Assembly: GCA_965249725.1 (NCBI GenBank)
Contig: OZ252251.1
Location: 288,001 to 352,000, forward strand
DNA from: Longimicrobiales bacterium
Lineage (GTDB): Bacteria; Gemmatimonadota; Gemmatimonadetes; Longimicrobiales; Gaopeijiaceae
DNA length: 64,000 bases
Direction: 5' to 3'
In this document: positions 18,471-29,148 of the stretch, piece after piece
How positions within the stretch are numbered: position 1 is the first letter of the stretch
How the letters are laid out: each line of letters begins with the position of its first letter
Made by a program: the position numbers and the translations under genes
Notes under the pieces: model-generated
The model's database searches: none
What the model saw: only the letters and a program-made list of their open reading frames with translations
Told to the model about the DNA's origin: nothing

Positions 18471-19975
18471 TCAACTGCGCTTCGGCCGCTCCTTGTGCTG
18501 ATACATGTCCCTATCGGCTGACTGGATGAGCTCGTCGGCTCCGACCATCTGGTCGGTCTCGAAATGGGCGATCCCCGAGCTGACCGTCACGCCATGGGGG
18601 GCCAGCACGCGATCGGCCCTGATGCGTGCTTCGACCCTGTCCAGGTAACCCCGCGCGCCGTCGTCGTCACTCTCTGAAAGCACCGAGACGAACTCGTCAC
18701 CTCCGTATCGGGCCACGAGGTTCATGGCCCGGTTCTCTTCCGCCAGAACTCGTCCGAAGGCTTTGAGAATCTGGTCGCCCACTATGTGCCCCAAGGTGTC
18801 GTTGTAGTGCTTGAAATCGTCCAGGTCGAAGAGCACCAAGGCCAGGCGTCTACCCCGTCGAGCCGCGGCTACCTCTCGTTCCAGATGGAGCTGGAGGTGT
18901 CTCCGGTTGGGGAGACCCGTCAACACGTCGGTCAGGGAGAGGGCCTGGATGCCGGCGTGAAGCTCGGCATTGTCCAAAGCCACGGAAGCTTGGCCCGCCA
19001 AGCGCGTGAGCAGGGCAATGTCGTAGGCGGAGAAGCCTCTGGTCTCCCTCGACCCGGTCGCCAGGGCGCCCGCGACTCGGTCACCGATCACGAGAGGGAT
19101 GGCCATGCCGCTACCACCCTCCAAGAACTCCCTCATGTGGTCCGGAACGAGTGGACTGGCGGCGAGATCGTCGATGACGAACGGCTTTTCTCCCTCTACC
19201 AGAGTCTCGTACAACGGACCCTCCATATCCCACGTCGACCCCACGGGAATCTGGATCTCGCCCACCGAGCTGCTCACTGTCGCGATCGTGCCTTCGAAGG
19301 TCCACACACCGGCGCCGTCGGCGTCCAGTAGGTCCATCGCCGCCGCCGACACCCGGCCTAGGACTTCCTCGAAGTCGAGAGAGCTGGTGAGTGCGCGTCC
19401 GATCTCCTCGAGCTTCTCCGCTTCGCGCGAACGCCGATCCAACTCCGTTACGTGCCGCGCGTTCTCGATGGCCACAGCCGCCAAATCCGCGATTCCTTCG
19501 AGCAGCTCGAGGTCGTCGGCGTCGTATCCGTTGGGATGATAGCTCTGCGTGCTCAGGGCACCCCGGACCACGCCCTTGTAGATCAGCGGAGCGGAGATCG
19601 CTGAGCGGGTGATCTCGGTCTCCTCTTCGCCCAGCAGCATGACGGACTCGGCGTTCAGGCGGTCTTCGACCGTCGTCGACTTACCGGTTCGGATGACCTC
19701 GCTATCGGAGCCCTTGTAGGTGATGTCACACCGGCTCTCCTCGCCGCGGTCCGCGTAGAAGACCACGGGGTGGCGAGGTCCGCCTCAGCGTCGTACAGGG
19801 AGATATAGAAGCCACCCGCCTCGACGACTCGAGCCGTCTCCCGGTAGATGCTCCGATAGAGCTCCTCCGGGCTGAGGGTGCCGGTCAGGGTACGGCCTAT
19901 ACCCAGCAGAACGCGGTAGCGTTCAGCTAGAGGCGTACCGGTTCCCGTTTCGGCAGAAGGCATGTGGAGTCCCAT
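18471..19975 (-). pseudogene. GAF-GAF-GGDEF diguanylate cyclase, split by one frameshift at about 19767-19770
   Basis: ORF 19655..19975 (start of GAF1, ...DLAT) joins ORF 18471..19766 (VVFYAD...GAF2...DLDDFKHYNDTLGH...ARYGGDEF). Confidence 0.85.
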
Positions 19976-20055
19976 TGGGCCGCGCGGCGGAGCTGCGGCA
20001 CGTTCGAGTTAGTCCAACATATGGACCCGGCCCGGGACGTACAACAATAAAGCGG

Positions 20056-20817
20056 CTAACTGGTTGGCTCTTCAGGGTTCTGGGCCCGATCGAAGTAACG
20101 CTGCATCTCGTACCCCATGGCCCGCACCAGGCGCACTTCTCGAAGATCCGGCTCGGCCCTGGAGAACAGCGTGCGCAGCGTGCGGAGGACGCCCTCGGGG
20201 TGCCGATCTCCCTTGAAGAAGTCGATCCGGTGGAAGCCTTGCTCCAACGCTGAGTACATCTGCTCCAGATCCGCCAGGGTGGCCGGTCCGGCATCCCTCT
20301 TGTATCCGGGCAGTTGTGCGTCGTCGGTAGCTACCAGTCGGATCTCGTAGCAGAGCACGAGGCACGCCTGAGCCAGGTTGAGGCTGGAGTACTCTGCGGT
20401 GGGTACGATTGCGATGGAGTGACAAAGGTCGAGCCCTTCGTTGGTCAGGCCGCGATCCTCCCGTCCGAAGACCAACGCCACAAGGCCTTCGTTGGCTCTC
20501 TCGACAACCTGGGGCGCTACGGCTCGGGGTCTCAGATAGTTGCGTTGAGCCGTACGTGCGCGGGCGCTGGTGCCCAGGACGAACACCGTATCCGCCAGTG
20601 CTTCCTCCAGCGACGGGAACATCTCGGCCGACTCGGCCAACTCATCGCTGCGGTGGGCAATGCCGGTGATTCGGTGGAGGTCGAATTCCTGCGGCTTCAC
20701 CAGGCGGAGCCGGGACAAGCCCATGTTCATCATGACCCGTATGACGCCTGCGATGTTCACGACGTCCTTCGGCTCGTCTAGGACTACGACGATGTTGCCG
20801 AGGGGGGATACCGCCAT
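20056..20817 (-). CDS. trmJ: TrmJ/TrmH-family (SPOUT) RNA methyltransferase
   Basis: NIAGVIRVMMNMG, GTSAR, LVFGREDRGLTNE and YSSLNLAQA. Confidence 0.88.
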   Translation of the reverse strand: MAVSPLGNIVVVLDEPKDVVNIAGVIRVMMNMGLSRLRLVKPQEFDLHRITGIAHRSDELAESAEMFPSLEEALADTVFVLGTSARARTAQRNYLRPRAVAPQVVERANEGLVALVFGREDRGLTNEGLDLCHSIAIVPTAEYSSLNLAQACLVLCYEIRLVATDDAQLPGYKRDAGPATLADLEQMYSALEQGFHRIDFFKGDRHPEGVLRTLRTLFSRAEPDLREVRLVRAMGYEMQRYFDRAQNPEEPTS

Positions 20818-20829
20818 CAGAACGTCGCT

Positions 20830-21027
20830 CTACGAGTCGTCGTCGTTCCCAGGGTCGTCCAGGGTGCGGTCGTCGGAATCGTCCTTCTCCCCACCGAGCG
20901 CCCCCTTGAAATTCCGAATCCCCTCGCCGAGCCCGCGCCCGATTACCGGAATGCGCTTGGCTCCGAAGAAGACCATCACGATGAGGAAGATGAGCACCAA
21001 CTCCCAGACGCCGAGACCGGGGATCAC
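20830..21027 (-). CDS. tatA: twin-arginine translocase TatA/E subunit
   Basis: GVWELVLIFLIVMVFFGAKRIP...GRGLGEGIRNFK followed by an acidic tail. Confidence 0.93.
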   Translation of the reverse strand: MIPGLGVWELVLIFLIVMVFFGAKRIPVIGRGLGEGIRNFKGALGGEKDDSDDRTLDDPGNDDDS

Positions 21028-22193
21028 TGGAGTAGGGCCTTGGCGATGGTCTGGAGCTGCATGTTCGTCGTCCCCTCGTAGATGGTGCCGATTTTCGAGT
21101 CCCGGTAGAACTTCTCGACCGGATACTCACGGGTGAAGCCGTATCCGCCGTAGAGGTCGATGCACAGCGACGTCACGCGCTGGGCCATTCTGGAGGAATG
21201 TAGCTTGGACATGGCCGCCGGTACCACGAAATCTTCACCGGCATCTCGGAGGCGGGCCGCGTTGTAGACCAACAGGCGCGACGCCTCGAGGTCGGTGGCC
21301 ACTTCGGCGAGCTGAAACTGTACACCCTGGAACTTGCCGATGGGCCTTCCGAACTGCTCCCGCTCCTGCACGTACCGAAGAGTGTTGTCGAGTGCCCCTT
21401 GGGCGGTCCCCACCATTTGGGCGCCGATGCCGATGCGGCCTTCGTTGAGGGTCTCGATGGCCACCTTGTAGCCCTTGCCGACCTCACCCAGGACCCTGCT
21501 GCCTGGTACCCGGACGTTCTCGAGAATGATTTCGGTCGTGGAGGAGGCGCGGATGCCGAGCTTGTCCTCCTTCTTGCCGACCGCGAAGCCCTCCAGGTCG
21601 CGGTCCACCATGAAGGCGGTGATGCCCTTGTAACCGGCGTCCGGGTCGACCGTGGCGAACACGATGTACGTGCCTGCCTCGTTTCCGTTCGTGATCCAGA
21701 GCTTCTGGCCCGTGATCACCCAGTCGTCGCCGTCCTGCGTGGCCCGGCAGCTGAGCGCGAAGGCGTCGGATCCGCTCCCCGCCTCGGAGAGCGCATAGGC
21801 TCCGACCATATCGGTGGCCAGCAGGGGGAAGTAGTGGGCTTTGAGCTCGTCGCTCGCCCAGTGCTTGAGCGCGTTGACGACCAGCGTGTTCTGCACATCG
21901 ACCAGGGTCCCGACGGAGGGGTCGATCCGCGACAGTTCCTCGACCACGAGAACCGAGGTGAAGAAGTTCGCATCTGTTCCCCCGAATTCCTCCGGGATCT
22001 CGATTCCCATGAGACCCAACTCGAAGAGCATCGGAAGCAGTGAGGGATCCAGTTCCTGAGCTTCGTCCATCTTCGATACGAGAGGCGCGACTTCGGACTG
22101 AGCGAAGTCACGGACGGCCTCTCGGAACATCCCTTCTTCTTCGGTCAGCGAGGTGACGGCGGGCCGAGGTTCACCGGTCAGCGTGGTCGACAT
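21024..22193 (-). CDS. acyl-CoA dehydrogenase (short/branched-chain type)
   Basis: YALSEAGSGSDA, GQKLWITN, KLGIRASST, EGRIGIGAQ and IYEGTTNMQ. Confidence 0.95.
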   Translation of the reverse strand: MSTTLTGEPRPAVTSLTEEEGMFREAVRDFAQSEVAPLVSKMDEAQELDPSLLPMLFELGLMGIEIPEEFGGTDANFFTSVLVVEELSRIDPSVGTLVDVQNTLVVNALKHWASDELKAHYFPLLATDMVGAYALSEAGSGSDAFALSCRATQDGDDWVITGQKLWITNGNEAGTYIVFATVDPDAGYKGITAFMVDRDLEGFAVGKKEDKLGIRASSTTEIILENVRVPGSRVLGEVGKGYKVAIETLNEGRIGIGAQMVGTAQGALDNTLRYVQEREQFGRPIGKFQGVQFQLAEVATDLEASRLLVYNAARLRDAGEDFVVPAAMSKLHSSRMAQRVTSLCIDLYGGYGFTREYPVEKFYRDSKIGTIYEGTTNMQLQTIAKALLQ

Positions 22194-22329
22194 ATCTGCT
22201 ATCTTTCCCGCGGGTCGATTGAGTGATTCTGGTTGGATACCGAGCCCACGAAAGTTATCCGTGCGGGTCGGGCGTGAAAAGGCGAGGGGACCGGGTATCG
22301 CCCTCAGCTGTGCCGCGCCGTTCCTGACC

Positions 22330-22359
22330 TTGACGCTTCTCTGAGGCCTTCTCTATTGT
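22330..22359 (+). promoter_or_regulatory. putative sigma70 promoter of gcvH-gcvP
   Basis: TTGACG, 18 bp spacer, TATTGT. GGAGG RBS before the gcvH ATG. Confidence 0.45.
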
Positions 22360-22391
22360 GACCGCCCCAGACACTTGAACACGGAGGAACG

Positions 22392-22781
22392 ATGTCCGAG
22401 ATCCCCGAGGGACTTCGATATACAGAGGAGCACGAGTATCTCAAGGCCACCGGCGAGGACGGAGTCTATCAGGTCGGTATTACCGACTACGCCCAGGGCG
22501 AACTGGGGGATATCGTGTTCATCGAGTTGCCCGAGGCCGGATCGAGCTTCGACAAGATGGCTACCTTCGGTACCATTGAGGCGGTGAAGGCGGTCAGCGA
22601 CCTCTACTGCCCGCTCACGGGTGAGATCGCGGCGATCAACCAGGCCTTGGACGACGATCCCTCGCTTGTGAACACCGACCCGTATGGCGCAGGATGGATG
22701 ATCCTGCTTCGCGTCGCCGACGAGAGCGCGTTGGATGCGCTCTTGGATGCCGCCGGTTACCAGGCTCTGGTGGGCGAATAG
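22392..22781 (+). CDS. gcvH: glycine cleavage system H protein
   Basis: [35 protein letters not shown] (lipoyl Lys) and [10 protein letters not shown]. Confidence 0.97.
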   Translation: MSEIPEGLRYTEEHEYLKATGEDGVYQVGITDYAQGELGDIVFIELPEAGSSFDKMATFGTIEAVKAVSDLYCPLTGEIAAINQALDDDPSLVNTDPYGAGWMILLRVADESALDALLDAAGYQALVGE

Positions 22782-22887
22782 GAGCCTATTCCTAGTATTG
22801 CCGTCGGGGCCTCATTGGCCGTTCGTCGACGTCCCTGAGGCCATCATTGATGACCTCGTTCACGGACTGACATTTCTGAGGAAGAAC

Positions 22888-25800
22888 ATGTCCCTTGATA
22901 TAGATACGGTGGGTCGATTCGCCAGCCGGCATGTCGGTCCTCGTGACCACGAGATCGAGGCGATGCTGGGCTCGCTTGGGCTCAGTTCCCTGAGTGAGCT
23001 GGTGGACCAGACGGTGCCCGAATCTATTCGCCTCGCTGGCGACTTGGATCTACCCGATGCGTCGCCCGAGCACCTACTCCTTCGCCGGCTGGAGGAGATC
23101 GGCTCCAAGAATCAGGTCTTCCGGTCCTATCTGGGCATGGGGTACCACGACACCGTGGTGCCTGGGGTGATCCTGAGGAACATCCTCGAGAGCCCCGGAT
23201 GGTACACCCAGTACACGCCCTATCAGGCCGAGATTGCACAGGGGCGCCTCGAGGCACTGCTGAACTACCAGACCATGGTGATCGATCTCACCGGTCTGGA
23301 GATCGCCAACGCGTCCTTGCTCGATGAGAGCACGGCCGCCGCGGAGGCCATGGCCATGCTTTTCGGCGAGAGCCGCGACGAGAGGCGGACGCACTTCTTC
23401 GTTTCCGAGGCGTGCCACCCACAGACGATCGCCGTTGTAAAGGGGCGTGCGGCGCCCTTGGGGATCGAGGTCGTCGTCGGGGCCCACGACAACTACGACC
23501 TGAAGTCCTTCGGGGACCGACTCTTCGGCGGACTGGTGCAGTATCCCGCTACCGACGGGGCGATTCACGACTACCGCGCGTTCTGTGACGAGTTCCACGA
23601 GCATGGGGCCGGCGTGATCATGGCAGCCGATCTCATGGCTCTCACCATGCTCACTCCCCCGGGCGAACTGGGGGCGGATATCGCGGTCGGGAATACGCAG
23701 CGCTTCGGGGTGCCGATGGGGTACGGCGGTCCTCACGCTGCTTACCTGGCTGCCCAGGACCGCTTTAAGCGGAAGATGCCTGGCCGGATCATTGGCGTAT
23801 CGGTGGATGCGGACGGCAATCTGGCGCTCCGGATGGCTCTTCAGACCCGCGAGCAGCACATCCGCCGTGAGAAGGCGACTTCGAACATCTGCACCGCCCA
23901 GGTGCTCCTGGCCATCATGGCGGGCATGTACGCCGTCTATCACGGCCCCGAGGGGCTGAAGCGGATCGCGGGCCGAATCCATCATTTGGCTTCGACGCTT
24001 GCGCACGGTCTCGCGGAGCTCGGACACAGCGTCGTGCACGAGCACTTCTTCGACACGCTTCAGGTGGTGCCCGCGGGTGTCTCAGGGGCGGAGATCATCG
24101 ATCGTGCCCGCGCACTCGGAATGAACCTCCGCGACTATGGAGACGGGACCGTCGGGATCGCGGTGGACGAGACGACGCTCCCGGAGGATATCGAGGACCT
24201 GTTCAACGTCTTCAGCGACGGTGGTCCGAAGGGTGGGGGCGTGAAGCTGACTGCCGACAAGATGTCCCAGGAGGCGACATCGCCGGTTCCCGCTGGCCTG
24301 TTGAGGACCTCGCGCTTTCTCGAGCACCCGGTCTTCCACAGCTATCGCTCAGAAACCGAAATGCTCCGGTACATCCACAAGCTGGAGAGCCGCGATCTAT
24401 CGTTGAACACGAGCATGATCTCGCTGGGCTCCTGCACCATGAAGCTCAACGCCACGACCCAGATGCTGCCGGTTACATGGAGGGCGTTCGGCGGTATGCA
24501 CCCGTTCGCTCCGATCGATCAGACCCAGGGCTATCAGGAGCTTCTCAGGGACTTGGAGAACTGGCTCGCCGAAATCTCCGGCTTCGCCGCCACCTCACTC
24601 CAACCCAATTCCGGGGCTTCGGGTGAGTACGCAGGCCTCCTTGTAATTAGAGCCCTTCATGAGAGCAAAGGTGAAGGACACCGGGACGTGTGCCTCATTC
24701 CCTCCTCGGCCCACGGGACGAACCCTGCCAGCGCCGTCATGGCGGGGATGCGGGTGGTGGTGGTGAAGTGCGACGAAATGGGCAACGTCGACCTCGCCGA
24801 CCTCGAGGCTCAGGCGGATGCACACGCCGCCGATCTGGCGGCCATCATGATCACCTATCCGTCCACCCATGGCGTCTTCGAATCCGAGATCCGGAGGATC
24901 TGCGACATCGTCCACGGTCGGGGCGGGCGGGTCTATCTGGACGGCGCGAACCTCAACGCTCAGGTCGGCCTGTGTCGTCCCGGTGACTATGGTGCCGACG
25001 TCTGCCACATCAATCTCCACAAGACGTTCTCCATCCCTCACGGGGGTGGCGGGCCCGGTGTCGGACCGATCTGTGTGACGTCCGAGTTGGCGCCGTTCCT
25101 TCCGGGGCATCCGGTAATCGAGACCGGTGGGTCCGATGCGATCTTGCCGGTCGCGGGTGCGCCGTGGGGTAGTGGTGGGATCATGTTGATTTCGTGGTCC
25201 TATATCGCGCTCCTCGGAAAGCAGGGGGTTCGGCGAGCCACCGAGGTGGCGATCCTGAACGCCAACTACATGGCGAATCGGCTGCAGGATGAATTCGAGG
25301 TGCTGTACCGCGGAGAAAACGGTCGTGTCGCCCACGAATTCATCTTGGACCTGCGTCCGCTGAAGAAGGCCAGCGGAATCTCGGACGAGGACATTGCGAA
25401 GCGTCTGATGGACTACGGCTTCCACGCGCCCACGATGTCCTTCCCCGTGGCGGGAACGATCATGGTCGAACCGACCGAGAGTGAGTCCAAGTCGGAGCTC
25501 GATCGGCTCTGTGACGCCCTCTTCTCCATTCGTGCGGAGATCCACGAGGTGGAGTCCGGTGCGGTCGATCCGGAGGACAACCCACTAAAGAATGCACCAC
25601 ACACGGCCGCGATGCTCACAGCGTCGGCCTGGGAGCATCCGTATTCGCGTGAGAAGGCCGCGTATCCCGCTCCTTGGACGCGGGACTACAAGTTCTGGCC
25701 TCCCGTCCGCAGGGTGAACAACGCCCACGGTGATCGACACCTGGTTTGCGCCTGCCCACCCATCGAGGCCTATGCTGAGGTAGCCGCCGGGACTGACTGA
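22888..25800 (+). CDS. gcvP: glycine dehydrogenase (decarboxylating), single-chain P protein
   Basis: [55 protein letters not shown] (PLP Lys) and [15 protein letters not shown] at 22888 follows GAGG. Confidence 0.97.
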   Translation: MSLDIDTVGRFASRHVGPRDHEIEAMLGSLGLSSLSELVDQTVPESIRLAGDLDLPDASPEHLLLRRLEEIGSKNQVFRSYLGMGYHDTVVPGVILRNILESPGWYTQYTPYQAEIAQGRLEALLNYQTMVIDLTGLEIANASLLDESTAAAEAMAMLFGESRDERRTHFFVSEACHPQTIAVVKGRAAPLGIEVVVGAHDNYDLKSFGDRLFGGLVQYPATDGAIHDYRAFCDEFHEHGAGVIMAADLMALTMLTPPGELGADIAVGNTQRFGVPMGYGGPHAAYLAAQDRFKRKMPGRIIGVSVDADGNLALRMALQTREQHIRREKATSNICTAQVLLAIMAGMYAVYHGPEGLKRIAGRIHHLASTLAHGLAELGHSVVHEHFFDTLQVVPAGVSGAEIIDRARALGMNLRDYGDGTVGIAVDETTLPEDIEDLFNVFSDGGPKGGGVKLTADKMSQEATSPVPAGLLRTSRFLEHPVFHSYRSETEMLRYIHKLESRDLSLNTSMISLGSCTMKLNATTQMLPVTWRAFGGMHPFAPIDQTQGYQELLRDLENWLAEISGFAATSLQPNSGASGEYAGLLVIRALHESKGEGHRDVCLIPSSAHGTNPASAVMAGMRVVVVKCDEMGNVDLADLEAQADAHAADLAAIMITYPSTHGVFESEIRRICDIVHGRGGRVYLDGANLNAQVGLCRPGDYGADVCHINLHKTFSIPHGGGGPGVGPICVTSELAPFLPGHPVIETGGSDAILPVAGAPWGSGGIMLISWSYIALLGKQGVRRATEVAILNANYMANRLQDEFEVLYRGENGRVAHEFILDLRPLKKASGISDEDIAKRLMDYGFHAPTMSFPVAGTIMVEPTESESKSELDRLCDALFSIRAEIHEVESGAVDPEDNPLKNAPHTAAMLTASAWEHPYSREKAAYPAPWTRDYKFWPPVRRVNNAHGDRHLVCACPPIEAYAEVAAGTD

Positions 25801-25830
25801 GGACTCTCGACGACAGCGGAGGATCCGAAG

Positions 25831-26520
25831 ATGGCGAAACTCGATTATCACGGAAACTCGACGTTCACTCTAACGATCGATGACGGAACCCGTATCGTCA
25901 TCGACCCGTTCTTCAACGACAACCCCTGGACGGAAATACACGCCGCAGACGTCGAGGCTGACTTCATCTTCTGTACGCACGGACATCCAGATCACTTTTC
26001 GGATGCCATTGCCGTAGCTCGATCCACGGGCGCCATGCTGGTGGGGACCTTCGAAGTGGTGAGCTACGTGGAGAGCCGGGGTTACGAGAACGTCCACCCC
26101 ATGTCCATCGGTGGAGGCTGGAATTTCCCCTTTGGCCGGGTGAAGATGACCATCGCGCATCACGGCGGGATGGTAGTCGGCGAGAGGGCGGAGGGCTTCA
26201 CCACCACGCCGGCGGGCTTTCTCTTCGATCTGGGGCCGGGCAAGCGCCTCTACCACGCGGGTGACACGGCCCTGACGTTGGATCTGCAGCTCCTCAAGGG
26301 CAAGGTCGACGTGGCGCTCCTTCCCATCGGCGACAACTTCACGATGGGGCCGGAGGACGCGGTGACCGCCATCGAGTTCATCGAACCGTCCGTCGTGATC
26401 CCGATCCACTACAACACCTGGCCCTGCATTGATCAGAGCGCCGAAGACTTCCGTGCTCTGGTGGGCGATCGAGCCACTGTCGAGATCGTCGAGCCGGGTC
26501 GGGGCTCGTACGAGTTCTGA
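25831..26520 (+). CDS. metallo-beta-lactamase-fold hydrolase (UPF0173/YtkL-like)
   Basis: IDPF, THGHPDH, YHAGDT, LPIGDNFTMG and PIHYNTW. Confidence 0.9.
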   Translation: MAKLDYHGNSTFTLTIDDGTRIVIDPFFNDNPWTEIHAADVEADFIFCTHGHPDHFSDAIAVARSTGAMLVGTFEVVSYVESRGYENVHPMSIGGGWNFPFGRVKMTIAHHGGMVVGERAEGFTTTPAGFLFDLGPGKRLYHAGDTALTLDLQLLKGKVDVALLPIGDNFTMGPEDAVTAIEFIEPSVVIPIHYNTWPCIDQSAEDFRALVGDRATVEIVEPGRGSYEF

Positions 26521-27323
26521 TCCAAGCGAGGGCGAGGAGCACCCCCGATACGGGTGCCCTGCGCTGGCGGGTCCTGGAGGACGAGCCCGCGTCGGGGGTG
26601 GTCAACATGGCGGTCGATCACGCGCTGGCTACGTGCCTCGGTTCCGGCGAGGGAGTGCTCCGCCTGTATCGGTGGACAAGCCCGACGGCCTCGTTCGGAA
26701 GGAACGAGCCCTCGAAGGATCGCTACGACCTCCAGGCCGCCAAGAACGCGGGCATCGAGTTCGTGCGTAGACCGACCGGCGGGCGCGCGGTCCTCCATGA
26801 CAGAGAGCTCACGTACGCGGTTGTCATGCCGATCACCACGGGAATGAGCCTACGGGGCGCATACAGACTGGTGAACGAGGGCCTGGTGCGCGCTCTTTGC
26901 TCTCTCGGTGTGCCCGCGTCGATGGCTGCGGCCGGGGAGCGTGCCCTGTCGCCAGCGGCGGGGCCTTGCTTCAGGCGGCCGACGGAGGGTGAGGTGATCG
27001 TGAACGGCAGGAAACTCGTGGGGAGCGCCCAGGCTCGCCTCGCGGGTGCGATGCTGCAGCACGGCTCGCTCCTGGTGGGGTCCGGGCAGGAGCGACTGGC
27101 CGCCCTGCGGGGCGAGATCGAAGAGGCCTCCCAACCCACGTGCCTGGATGAAATCCTGGACGTGGTGCCTTCCTGGGACGTTCTTGTAGGGACGGTGGTG
27201 GCAGGATTGAGCGACGTATTGAGCGGAGAGTGGCATCACGAAGGGCTCAGGGACGCCGAGCGAGCGGAAGCCCGGCTCCTAGAGACCCACTATGCTTCCG
27301 CCGGGTGGACGTGGCGTACGTAG
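26517..27323 (+). CDS. lipoate-protein ligase family protein (LipM-like octanoyltransferase); start uncertain
   Basis: WRVLED...NMAVD, LRLYRW, VRRPTGGRAVLH, GRKLVGSAQ and LQHGSL. The frame is open upstream of GTG 26598 to a CTG overlapping the previous stop. Confidence 0.85.
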   Translation: MIQARARSTPDTGALRWRVLEDEPASGVVNMAVDHALATCLGSGEGVLRLYRWTSPTASFGRNEPSKDRYDLQAAKNAGIEFVRRPTGGRAVLHDRELTYAVVMPITTGMSLRGAYRLVNEGLVRALCSLGVPASMAAAGERALSPAAGPCFRRPTEGEVIVNGRKLVGSAQARLAGAMLQHGSLLVGSGQERLAALRGEIEEASQPTCLDEILDVVPSWDVLVGTVVAGLSDVLSGEWHHEGLRDAERAEARLLETHYASAGWTWRT

Positions 27324-27376
27324 CGGACGCGAAGCCTACGGGTTCCGCATGCAGCGCCGGAGCGGAGAGAGCTGAC

Positions 27377-29148
27377 ATGAGACAGTCGAGGTGGACGGTC
27401 CTGGCCGTGGCGCTCGTGGTTTCGGGAGCGTGTGGAGGTGGGGAGGCGGGTCCCAGTGGAGAAGTCGTGCCGTGGAGTCTCGATGGGGGCGTAGTAGACA
27501 TCGGCGATGGTATCCCCTTCTGTGAGGCCGCGATGGCACGTGTCGCGGAGTACATGGGGCAGTTCGAGGGGCAGGTGCCTGCGGATGAGCGGTACGGGGG
27601 CACGGCGGCGGTGGCGGCGATCGGTCCCATCCCCGGTGGCGTGAATGCCCATGTCTCCGCCGATCAGGGGGGCAATGAGCATCAGACGTTCATCAACCTG
27701 ATGACGCTGATCAAGTACGATACCGAGCTCAATGCCGTTCCGTACTTGGCCCAGTCGTGGGAGGTTTCAGACGACAACACGCAACTCACGTTTCACCTCC
27801 GGAACGATGTGTATTGGCACGACGGCGAGCTCACTGACGCGTACGACGTGGCCTACACGTACCAGCGGGCGATCGACCCGGAGACCGGATTCCCTCAGCC
27901 CGCCTTCTGGGCACACTACGATCAAGATCCCGGAGGCGTGGAGGTCGTGGACTCCTTCACGGTCAGGTTTCGCATGCGGCCGCACGCCGAGTTTCTCGAC
28001 CCCTGGCGTGAGTTTCCCATCATGCCGCAGCACCTGCTGGAGGGTGTGCCGTCCGCGGAGTTGCGGCAGCACTCCTACGGGGACGTATGCCCAGTCGGCA
28101 ACGGTCCTTTCGTCTTCATACAGCACCAGCAGGGAGCCAACTGGACCTTCCAGGCTAATCCGGCCTTTCCGGCAGGGTTGGGCGGCCGTCCCTTCCTCGA
28201 TCGATACATCTATCAAATCATCGTCGAACCGACCACGATTCTCACCGCTCTGCTCACAGAGAATATCGACGTATACATCGCGCCGACGCCGGACCAGGTG
28301 CAGACCATCCTCGACTCCGACGACTTGGACTTGAGGGTTTACCCCTACCGGCAGATCAATTTCGTCACGTGGAATGCCCGCCGGCCCCAGTTGTCCGACA
28401 AGCGCGTCCGCCAGGCCATCACCAAGGGCACGGACCGCCGGCAGATCGTGGAGGCGTTGTTCGGCACCTATGCCCGCGTGCCGAACACGACCCTACCCTC
28501 TTCTCACTGGGCGTACGACGCCTCGATCGGGGCCGAGACGATGGCGTACGACCCGGAAGCCGCGAGCGCTTGCTGGCCGAAGCCGGATGGATAGACCGGG
28601 ACGGGGACGGGGTGCGGGAGAATGCGCAGGGTCTCCGCCTCTCGATCGAGCTCATATACAGTCAGAACGCCCTTCGGCAGCAGGTCGTGGAGATCATGCA
28701 GGCACAGCTCTCCGAGATCGGAATCGAGGCTCAGCCGACCGTTTTGGCGTATTCGGCTCTTCTCGACCGCATCTTCGACACCGAAGCGCGGGACTTCGAC
28801 GGGATAATGATCGCGTTCACCATGAGCTTCAAGGCAGATGACACCGACTTCTTCCACAGCGACAATATCGATAACGCCTTCGGCTTTTCCGGGACGCAGC
28901 GCGCCGACATGGACGCTCTACTCGAGCGGCTTCCGCTGATCGTTGATCGCGAGGAGGCCAAGCCTGTCTGGAAGGAGTACCAGGAGCTCCTGGTTGACGA
29001 GCAGCCTTGGATGTTCGCCTATGACGCCAATCGTTTCGATGGAGTGAACAAGCGTCTACAGGGTGTCGTCATGGACGCTCGGGGCGAGTGGCAGAACGTC
29101 AAGGACTGGTGGATCCCTGCCGATCAGCGAAAGGGCCCCGGACGCTAG
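27377..29148 (+). pseudogene. peptide ABC transporter substrate-binding lipoprotein (DppA/OppA, family 5), split by one frameshift at about 28565-28570
   Basis: Lipobox VSGAC, PYLAQSWEVS, LRNDVYWHDG, PVGNGPF, DKRVRQAI and YDPEAA. Continues LLAEAGWIDRDGDGVREN in the next frame. Confidence 0.88.

Noticed and set aside
22194..22887. Glycine riboswitch before gcvH or between gcvH and gcvP
   Set aside because: No GGAGA...CCGAAG...CTCTCAGG aptamer pattern. Only a short GGCCTCA/TGAGGCC stem at about 22808-22842.
10305..28590. Programmed ribosomal frameshifting at the three split genes
   Set aside because: No slippery heptamer or obvious stimulatory structure, and these families are not known to recode. 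Sequencing error is more parsimonious.
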